Shown: piece after piece, positions 55,201 to 64,000 of the stretch | Position numbering within the stretch: position 1 is the stretch's first letter | Layout: every line of letters begins with the position of its first letter | DNA from: Podarcis bocagei | Taxonomy: Eukaryota | DNA: 64,000 nucleotides | Assembly (NCBI GenBank): GCA_964188305.1 | Contig: OZ076887.1 | Direction: 5' to 3' (one strand) | Notes under the pieces: generated by a model | What the model saw: only the letters and a program-made list of their open reading frames with translations | What the model was told of the DNA's origin: nothing | Databases searched by the model: none | Translations under genes and position numbers: made by a program

Positions 55201-58200
55201 CCTGCATCCCGAAGCCTGGGATGCACTGAGCAGCGCACCCCGGGCTTCGGGCAGATATTCACAAGCCTGGGGAGCCCGTGGGAGTTCCCGCCGGGCTCCC
55301 CAGGCTTGTGGATAGCAGCCTGTTCTGGGGGCTGGGGTCGGGGGAAGCTTGGGCTTCCCCCGCCCCACGCCGGGGGGGGGATATATATTTTTTCTTTATT
55401 CCCCCCAAAAAACTAGGTGCGCCCTATGGGCCGGTGCGCCCTATAGGGCGAAAAATACAGTATATAAAAAATAGACAGAGAAGGGCTCAGCACGAGAAAG
55501 TGAAACTTCAAAATATACATTACATTATACATTACAAATGCAGAAGGTGTATCTGCAAATAGTCTCATCTAGTCTTAGCTAGACAGACAGAATTAGGAAG
55601 TGTGTTCCATTATTATTAAAGAACTCATATGCCTTGGTATCCAACTATCTAAGCATATATTAACATCTCCATCACTCAAAGTGAGACAAGCTGAGTTTTG
55701 GATAGGTGTCTGCCTGAGAAAACAGGGAAGCAGTTTGATCATGTCAATAAAGCTGACAAGCTTTCCCAGCTTCATTAATCAATCTCTAGCATGGGTGTCT
55801 ACTCTGTACTGTTGTAAAATATCTAATTTTCTGGATTGTTTAAACTCTTTTAAATGTATATCATACAACGACCCAAGACAAGTGTGTGGAAGGCAAAAAA
55901 ATAAATGAATGAGAAACCCTCCTACCTCTCCAAACTTCCAGAGACAATTAGTCCGGGGATTAGCCCAGAGCTGATTTAAGATTTAATGTATTAGTAGAAA
56001 AGAATGATATGATGAGGTGATGTCATCATAGAACTTTAGGGTTCTCTGTTCTAAGTTAATATTGAGACAGACTTTTAAAAAAACACGAGAGTGTTATTAG
56101 GGAATATACATTTGTCATTACATACCCACAGGAGGCTTCTGATGAACTTTTACAAAATCGGCACCACATTGATGATTGAGTTCTCCTTTAGTCCCATCAT
56201 TGCTGAAGTGTATTACGAAGCAGCTTGGAAGATAGCGTTCCATTTCTTTGAGCTTGAGAGCACCTATGCCATTTGCACAATCTACCTTCAGGCAAATGTG
56301 GCCATCCCTTTGGCTAGTAGCCTGCAGGCAAGAAAGCAAAGAAAGGGTCCTTTAACAGTTGTCTCTGAACTCCTACCACCTGCTCATATGCAACACTGAC
56401 TGTGCTCTGGAGCAGACAGCCAAAACAAAGTAAACACAACTGAAAAGAAAAACAGGACTCAAATTGCTGTTTGAATGTGTAGATTCTGGAACAACTTCCT
56501 CTCTATTTCAACCAGTGACTACTAGAGCCCATTGGGACTGGTAGGGCTGAAGGGAGAGTGATCCAGCAGTAGGTGGCAAATAGAGTTAGCTAATTTGTTT
56601 TGTCCCTATCCTCCTCCCTGCTCTGTTCTACATAGGCGACAGTGAGATTAAGGAGGAGGAAACTCACAGGTAGTACCATCTGCTGGATTGACTGTAGGCA
56701 GAGGCTGAGGGTACACAGAAGGTGGTGCAGCAGTGCCGCCGCCACCCAATTTGTTCTACTGGACCAGCCTCCAATGATTTCAATGTTTCATCTTTATCAG
56801 GAGCAAAACACATTTTGCTCTGCCCTATTACAATGATGGCAGTAATATGTAATATCTATTTTCCTACTGCTAGTTTTAGGCTGCCTCTTGTTTTCTTAAA
56901 ACTTTTGTTGCTACTGCTCATTTCTTTCTGTTAAAGCAAACTATCATATACTTTAAAGTTATAAACCTGTTCAGTTGTCTACATGAATGAAATGCTAAAA
57001 GCTCAACCTTAATCATGATTACTGTTAAAAAAAGTCCCACTGTTTTCCATAGGGTTTACATCCCAATTTTCCTCATAAAGCCAATACCATTTTGAATAAT
57101 TTATATACAAAATCACAGTTGATCACCTTTAACTTCTATGGCATTAAAAGCTTGCTTAAATCAAAATATTATCCTAAAAGAAAGAAAGGTCCAGCAACAG
57201 CAAACTGTTCTAGGGCAAGCATTTAAAGAACTTAAGCCAACACTATAAAGGCCCTGCTCTTTGTCCACAGCAACGTAACAGCATAGAGTTGACACTCAAA
57301 TGAAGAGCCTGCTGCCATTCTTCATAGGAAGTTCATATGGGCGGGGGGGGGGTCTTAGGACTATTACATTAAGTATATTCAAGAATGCAAGCCAAGACTT
57401 GAAAAACAGCTCTTTCACCTGCATTGTAAGCTCCACAAAAGCCTTGGAGAGTTTCTGGTAGTAACCTTCCACGGTTGCAGTCCCATAACTCCCATGAGTG
57501 TTTCGACAGCAGACCATGTAGTGTAGTTGTGGTGTTGTTACCAAGCCATAATCTAGTTTAAAGCATACACACTGGTCAAGGATTGACACTATTAAGCTTC
57601 AGAGACATATTTCACAGTACCTTATTACATTTGCTCAAGTAAAGGTGCAGAAAGGAGAGATTTTTAAAAAATGCTTTAAATGAAATACGTCATCACTGAT
57701 TTGTTTCCTATCAACCACTATGGATCTAAGGGGAACATCATCAATCCTTAAATAAGCAAGCACAGGGCATACCTTGGTATTGACCTCCAAGAGCAGACAC
57801 ACCATCAATCACTGATTGTGAAAGCTTCTTACTGCTAGATCTGGATGCAAGGCACAGGAATAAGGTTACTTTTGTTGAAATGCTATCCAAGCACACCAGT
57901 TTACCCCAATTCATTCTTGACACATGAATACAGACAAACAATATCAACATGCAGGACACAAGTGAGATCTACGTCTCTAGAGGGAATAAATCACAGCAGC
58001 CAAAGAGATAGGGATGTGATAGGACATACTCAGAACTTTCCTAGCAACTTAAAAATATTTGCCTTATTCTATATTTGTTAATTATATTTCTTTAGGACAT
58101 TTATATTGCACTTTCCTTCCACCACAGAACTCCTTACACAGGTCTCCTATCCAAACCATGACCGGCCCAAATCTGCTTGGCTTCAGCAAGGTGGCTGCAT

Positions 58201-59955
58201 TATCCAATAAAAATGTTTAAAATGTTGTATGGGGGAGCATCCATGGAAAGAACGACAGGCATCATTAGATTGGAGGTGCACAAGACAGGGACTTTTCTAC
58301 AACTGCTCTACATTTGTGGAATTCCCTCCCTTAGCGACCTCTACTTTATTGGCCTTTAAACAAACCCTGAAAACATTTTTCTTTCCAACTGTTATTTAAC
58401 AGCTGATGTTTTAGTGCTGTATATTTTAATATCTTATATATTTTAATTATATATTTATTTTAATATCTTAGCTTTATATTGTGGTTTAATTCATATATTG
58501 GCCTTGAAAAAGTTTTGCCCTGATACCTACATTTTTGAAAAAATATACAGGAAGAGTTAATGTGTATATTACCTAGTCACTCCCAAGATGTCTATCAGGT
58601 TTATTTTTACCTGGTGTCTCTGCCAATAACAATGAAGGCCTCCTGCTGAAGGTCTACAGCTTCCTTCTGGCAGATGTCAGTCAGCACTCCCTGCAATTCA
58701 TGTTCTTCTGCATTGGCCAAGTGTGTGGCGTGCTCTTCCCAGATAGGTGCCAACATTTCACCCAATGGGTCAATCAACTTCACACCATTGTCTTCCTTGG
58801 AAAAAGACAAGACATCAATGTAAAAGCTTCTTTAAACATAGGCAATCTTGACTTAGGAAAAGAGCAATCAGCCTAAATGATCCTTTTAGTTCTACAGTTC
58901 TAAAAGCATACAGTGGAATCTCGACTTACGTACGGCTATACTTACATACAATTCCAGTTACGACCTTCAGTAGGTGCTTTGACTTATGAACTTTCCTCTA
59001 GCTATGAACAGAGGCCTTGCCAGCAGCCCGGAGCTCGCCTTGCCGGCAGCCCGGAACAGCACTGGGGCATCCACCGCCAGGGAGAGACCTCCAGTTTGCC
59101 GGAGCTCACCCCACTGGCTGCGGAGCAGTGCTCAGGCCTCTGCTGCCGGGGAGAGGGCCCCCATCTCACCCATGAAGCTGTGGAAGAGGTGCAGCCTGCA
59201 AGAGGCACAGCAGGGCGCACTGTAGCCCCAAATCCTGCCAAGGAACTAACCTGAGGAAGTCCAGAGAAGAACCTGGCCTGGCAAGAAAAAAAAGTGACCC
59301 TGGCCGAAGTGAATCAGCTCTTTACTGACCCTTGCCCCACCCCCAGCTTGTAGTCAGGTAAGCCCGCCCTCCCTCAGTGCACGTAAGAAAAAAAAAAGTT
59401 AAATTCTTTCATCTACAATACTGTCTTATTTATTTTATAGTACAGTACATTGATTATTGCCTTCATTTCATGGATCTATGGTCTCGTTAGACAGTAAGAT
59501 CTGTGTTAAATTGCTGTTTATCTGCTGTTCATCTAGAACGGATCAATTCACTTTTCCATTACTTTCTATGGAAAAGTGCACTTCTATTTATGTACGTTTC
59601 TAGTTATGACCAGACCTCCGGAACGGATTATGGTTGTAAGTAGAGATTCCACTATATTGAAAATGGTTAAGTCACAGCACCCGTATAGCACCCCCCCCCT
59701 TAATCTGTAGCTCAGTTTCTTTTTTCCTATCTGAAATACTCATTCACTTACTTCAGGGTTGTGAGAGGCTGTAACCATAACACCAATGGTGGATTTTTTC
59801 TGCTTGGATCTCAATACAGCCAGCAAGCCCATGCAAAACATTGTGTGATCAAGGTCCTCTGCCTTGGTACGGAAACCAGCTGTTCCATACTGAAGGGTAA
59901 GTCCTGGAGGTTTGGCATGGAGCTTTGAGTACTTTGCAACTGCTTCAAAATCCAT
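49194..59955 (-). CDS. PGM3: PGM3 phosphoacetylglucosamine mutase, spliced CDS span (one exon presumed in the assembly gap)
   Basis: [16 protein letters not shown]...QYGTAGFR, phosphoserine loop TASHNP, metal loop FDGDADR, phosphate loop RPSGTE; collinear with human PGM3. Confidence 0.97.
50100..50273 (-). CDS. PGM3: PGM3 coding exon 11
   Basis: [23 protein letters not shown]...[21 protein letters not shown]. Confidence 0.96.
50903..51113 (-). mobile_element. Tigger-like MITE, second copy of the 27185 family
   Basis: TA-CAGTGGTACCTCGG...TGAGGTAGCACTG-TA; reverse complement of 27185-27410. Confidence 0.9.
51692..51814 (-). CDS. PGM3: PGM3 coding exon 10
   Basis: [16 protein letters not shown]...[12 protein letters not shown]. 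Confidence 0.96.
52803..52919 (-). CDS. PGM3: PGM3 coding exon 9
   Basis: [16 protein letters not shown]...[11 protein letters not shown]. Confidence 0.95.
53227..53426. other. Assembly gap (200 N)
   Basis: Run of N; expected location of PGM3 coding exon 8. Confidence 0.99.
53995..54078 (-). CDS. PGM3: PGM3 coding exon 7
   Basis: [28 protein letters not shown] (84 nt). Confidence 0.95.
54616..54773 (-). CDS. PGM3: PGM3 coding exon 6
   Basis: [23 protein letters not shown]...FLKELLVK. Confidence 0.96.
55175..55460 (-). mobile_element. Tc2-like MITE, truncated copy of the 33242 family
   Basis: Ends CCTATAGGGCGAAAAATACAG-TA; interior matches the 33242 element in reverse. Confidence 0.85.
56126..56321 (-). 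CDS. PGM3: PGM3 coding exon 5
   Basis: [24 protein letters not shown]...[14 protein letters not shown]. Confidence 0.96.
57419..57552 (-). CDS. PGM3: PGM3 coding exon 4
   Basis: [17 protein letters not shown]...AFVELTMQ. Confidence 0.96.
57773..57840 (-). CDS. PGM3: PGM3 coding exon 3
   Basis: [22 protein letters not shown]. Confidence 0.95.
58611..58795 (-). CDS. PGM3: PGM3 coding exon 2
   Basis: [15 protein letters not shown]...VIGRDT. Confidence 0.96.
58911..59654 (+). mobile_element. Tigger-like non-autonomous DNA transposon (744 bp)
   Basis: TIR CAGTGGAATCTCGACTTAC/GTAAGTAGAGATTCCACT; TA TSD; subterminal gacctccggaacg shared with the 27185 family. Confidence 0.85.
59752..59955 (-). 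CDS. PGM3: PGM3 first coding exon (exon begins 59957)
   Basis: cag/AG ATG...VTASHNPE/gtaagt. Confidence 0.96.
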
Positions 59956-60397
59956 CTCTGTAAGAGGCAGAATAAATTGATACAGCTATGATTAACATTA
60001 CAGGTGACCGTATTGTGATAGCAATACCAAAACCAGGAGGATGGGGAGATAATAGGATTTAACTTACACTAGAATAAGTTATGTAAGATGAGGAAGTTTA
60101 AAAACAGAGAGAGGGCGTGTGTGCACAGAAGTACAATTACTTGCTTATACCAGTGATGTCTTCCAGATGAAGGCAGCCCTGTATCAGGAAGTTTTAATGT
60201 TTGACATTTGATTATGTTTTTATATTTTGCTGGAAACCGCCCAGAGTGTCTACAGAAACCCAGCCAGATCGGCAAAATATAAATAATAAAATTATTATTA
60301 CTATGATGGTGATGATAATGAAATCCAACTCCCATCAGTCCCAGTCAACATGGCTAATGGTCAGGGATGATGGAAGTGATAGCACAACAGCATCAGG

Positions 60398-60580
60398 TTG
60401 TTGGGAAAGATGGAGGGCACAAGGAGAAGGGGACGACAGAGGAAGAGATGGTTGGACAGTGTTCTTGAAGCTACCAGCATAAGTTTGACCAAACTGCGGG
60501 AGGCAGTGGAAGACAGGAGTGCCTGGCGTGCTCTGGTCCATGGGATCACAAAGAGTTGGACACGACTAAACAACAACAAC
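60398..60580 (+). mobile_element. RTE-BovB LINE 3' end (5'-truncated)
   Basis: MLGKMEGTRRRGRQRKRWLD...LREAVEDRSAWRALVHG is typical of the BovB ORF C-terminus; (CAA)n tail. Confidence 0.88.
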
Positions 60581-61579
60581 TCCTGGCTTGCACAACAACT
60601 CCTGGCTTGCACATAGACTAGCACACTGAATTAACTATCCCACTATCTCAGACTAACTAGTCCAAAGTATCAGGGGTTGGAAGAAATTGGTTACAAGACA
60701 GAGTTAACTTTCTGTTTTCACACTCCTAAATGCAACATCAACAGCATCTGTATTCCAACACTGATTATTTCAGAGTGATTAGTTGTAGTTGTGGTGATAT
60801 TGGAGGTACCTTTGCTTTAACTGTAGGTTTACTTTGTATTTTACAGTATTGCAATTTCTTATCACGAACCACCAAGGGATGTATTTGCATGGAATGCAAT
60901 ATGCATCTACCTTAAGCAATGGAAGAGTGTGTAGAAAGGGTAGTTGGCCCACCTGGAGGAATTAAACAAGCCAGCTTTAAAAAGCCTATGACTCTAGTAG
61001 TCATGATGACCATCTAGCTGGTACATCCCGACAAAACCAACCTTGCTTCCATTGTGCCCCACCCACCTATGTCCAAGTAAGCAGCAGTGACACCAGAGGG
61101 TGGCTTTGAACTTCAATCCTACACCACTAGCCCCCCCCCCCAACTAAACAAGAAACCTCAAAAACTGCAACCTTTCCTCAGAGAGTTGTTGTTCCTGCCC
61201 CTTGATAATTTTGAAAGCCCTTTCCTTAACCCTTTCCAGGACTATGGTATCATTTATTTATTTTTTAAATGTGGTACATAGTATTCCAAGTACTGTCGCA
61301 CTATAGACTTTTATAATGATCTCTAATATGGAATTCTCTTTTTTTCATACCTCCTGCACGCTGCGGGGGGCTTCACACTTGCAAGCCCAACAACTCCTTC
61401 CTGGTCGGTCACTGCCAGCTCAGAAGACCTAGCAAATATACTTACCCCAAAGTGCATTACTTAACTCTTGCTTAGGCTAAACGGCATCTACCGTTTTAAC
61501 GCCCACTCACCCAGTTTAGGGACACACCTTTCTTTTTACCGCCTGGAACAAGCCCAAACAAACGAAGCCACCCCACTTA

Positions 61580-62830
61580 CCGACCTGCAACGCCCTGGAG
61601 GAGTTCTGCGAGCGGACGTGGCTGTTCCTCGGAAGCATCCAACTCGCCCTTCCGGGAAGCTCCGAAGCAGCCTCGCTCGCCGGCTGCGCCTATCGCATTC
61701 GCCGGCAGCCGCAGGGGCGGGGCTTCGGGCGTCTCCGCCTCCCATTGGGCCGAGCGAAGCGAGCGCTGAGCGGGGTGGAGCCGCTTCCACCCGCGCAGCC
61801 TCGACGCGTAACTCGGGCTCATTGGACTCGTGGCATTCGAGCGCGGCAAGAATCTCGTCTCCCGGGCTTGACTGGATCCGCCTTGGCAAACGCGCGAGAG
61901 CAGCCCCGCTGGATTAGGCCTGTGGGAAGCGCGCAAGCAGGATTGGAGCCCAAGGGCCCCCTCCCTCCCGCGGTTTCCAGCCGGCAGCTTGGCCTTTGGC
62001 AGGAGAGAGAGAGAGCGCGACCGCCCGCGAGCTTCAGCTGGGGCAGCCTTGGCCAGTCCTTTAGCGGGCTTCCTCAGAAGTAAGGCTGTGCTCGGGGTGG
62101 GCCTACTTGTCCCCTCTAGGAAGCGGCAAGCCTGGCTTTTAAAACGAACAGGCCCCGCTTCCCAGTGAGCTCAGGGTGAAAAAATAAAATGAAACAGTAA
62201 CGTATCTTAACCGCAGGCAACACGGTTCATATAGAATTTGAATTCAAACCTCCCTCCGCTGCGCCTGCCACTGAGGCTCCCTTCGCGCGCGCGAAGCCCA
62301 AGCCCTCCTTTAGCGACGCGCATGCCCAAGAAAGGCGCTCGCGCCGCCAACATTTCGCCTCCTGGGATCACGTGGCTGCTCAGGTGTTTCCATGCGCGCG
62401 AGGGGGGGCGTGGTCGTTCGCATGCGCGGGCCTCCCAAGAGGTACGTTGGTTCGGAGGGTCCCCGCCGCGAGACGTTGCGCTCCCTTTGCCTCTGAAGGA
62501 ACGAGCCAATCACTCGCTTCGTCCCTAAGAGCGTGGGCTGATTGGCCTCGCTACCGGTGTTGAGGGATCTGGCGGCCGGGTCCTTTCGATGGGCTTTGCA
62601 ACGTCCTCCGCCGCGTGCTTATTGGAGGGAGGGGGTGGAGCCTTTTTAATTCCGCACCGACGGCTGTAAGGGCGGGTAATGGCCGCTGGAGGATTTGCCG
62701 ATGCCTCCCGCTCTCAGATACCGCTGGTGGAGCCTCTGGCTTCAGCAATTATTATTATCCCACGGCAAGGGCTCACAAGAGAGGGCAGCCTGCTGCTTAG
62801 CAGTTTCGGGACTGCGCGGAGTGTGCACCA
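61580..62830. promoter_or_regulatory. CpG-island bidirectional promoter (PGM3 leftward; RWDD2A rightward by synteny)
   Basis: Dense CpG; GC box GGGGCGGGGC ~61714; CCAAT/ATTGG at ~61744, ~61821, ~62506, ~62541, ~62621; NRF1-like CGCATGCGC ~62419 and GCGCATGC ~62318; E-boxes CACGTG ~62368 and ~62829. The RWDD2A assignment rests on mammalian synteny only. Confidence 0.85.
61581..61700 (-). other. PGM3: PGM3 non-coding exon 1 (5' end approximate)
   Basis: Donor CG/gtaagt at 61580 on the - strand at the edge of the CpG island, downstream of GC box and CCAAT motifs. Confidence 0.75.
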
Positions 62831-64000
62831 CGTGAATTCTCCGCATTGGAACCTTGTTCACACGTTAAGCTGAACGTTCCAAGCTGTGTATACGTGCGTA
62901 CACGTTTGTCTGAAAGTGTGCCCTTGATCATTTTTGTACAGCTCCACTGTTGCGCATATATGCAGTTGGTGTGAGTTGAATGTTATATTTTAATAACTAC
63001 AAGTGTACACCTGAACTATTCATGTATGCAGTTGTACGGATTGTATACATGTTGGATCTAAGGTGAAGAAGGGGTGGGGTACTCTAAACTGGACACGGTA
63101 TAGATTACTAACCCTACATATACTGTGAGGTCTAAAAGAGAGGTGAATACATTGTATTGTACTTCTTGAGACATTTGGTTGTTCATCAGCAGAGAGAATT
63201 TTCATTAGATCAGGGATAGGTAACCTGGGGCCTTCCAGTTGTTGCAGAACTAAACATCTGTTGTTGCTGACTATGGCTAGGTTGACTAGGGCTGATGAGA
63301 ACACCTCAAAGGCTACATACACCAAAAACACCCCAAAGGCTACAGACTCCCATTCCTAAATTAGATGGACTTTTTATCTGACCCAGAAGGGCAAATCTTA
63401 CATTTTTAAATTGCAACCGGAACTGCCACATAAAAACAGTAAGATCATACAGCTGGGGTGGGGGGAATTGCTGACAAAAGCAAGTGGTACATTGGTTTTC
63501 ATCTGCTATTGTTTGGTCCCGCCTACCTTCTACAGAACATCTGCCTACTATGTGATGATGTGCTTGCATCACAAGTCACTGGGTGGGATTTGCAAGTTAA
63601 AGTGAAGGGTCACTATCATAGCCACATATGATAGCTTGGCAAAACTGAGTCAAACCTGACTGGAGAGCGCTCTAGCTGAGCCTCTATGGAACATTCATTG
63701 TTTGTATTGGACTCTCAGAACAAATGTGAGCAGCTTACAATACATTACAGAGGAGTTAAGTTGGAAACCCATCAGTTGACTTCTCTGGTTTGGGGAGCCC
63801 ACCTTGAAAGTGGTATTTGAGGCATATGTTGTTCAAATGTGGATGTCAATATCTTCTAACCAGTGTTCAAAATTTGCCAGGTGCCTTTTGTACCTGATTA
63901 TCAGCCGTTCGCAACCAAGTGAAGATGCCAGGATGCCACCTGACATCTTCACCATTTGGAGATGCATGTCTGGGAATCATTGAATCAGTTATATTTTATC

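Noticed and set aside
61468-62873. Cluster of Arg/Pro/Ala-rich ORFs
   Set aside because: Expected from stop-codon scarcity in a CpG island; none resembles RWDD2A or another known protein
1-64000. CRISPR arrays, rRNA, snoRNA or prokaryote-type systems
   Set aside because: Eukaryotic intron-exon locus; no repeat-spacer array, rRNA or convincing C/D or H/ACA box structure seen by eye (an Infernal/Rfam scan would be decisive)

Overview
Vertebrate genomic DNA from a squamate reptile, probably a lacertid lizard (judged from Sauria SINEs, a BovB LINE end and many hAT and Tc1/mariner MITEs). It holds the conserved DOP1A-PGM3-(RWDD2A) block. DOP1A/DOPEY1 is on the + strand: I traced 37 coding exons, 4957-48321, which splice into one 7425-nt frame (2474 aa), including a 30-nt microexon, a 2008-nt exon and one GC-AG intron. 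PGM3 is on the - strand, tail-to-tail with DOP1A: 11 of the expected 12 coding exons are visible (59955-49194), and the missing 99-nt exon probably lies in the 200-N gap at 53227-53426. A two-lobed CpG-island promoter (about 61580-62830) drives PGM3 and probably the divergent RWDD2A, whose CDS is not in the window. I found no new multi-gene system. The best leads are post-transcriptional: a candidate PGM3 3'UTR intron that could create sense/antisense overlap with DOP1A, an overlapping uORF, the GC-AG intron whose retention ends on its own acceptor TAG, an SRRM4-type microexon, inverted SINEs flanking exons 7-9, and a perfect 29-bp hairpin. Comparisons with the human proteins are from memory; no searches were run.
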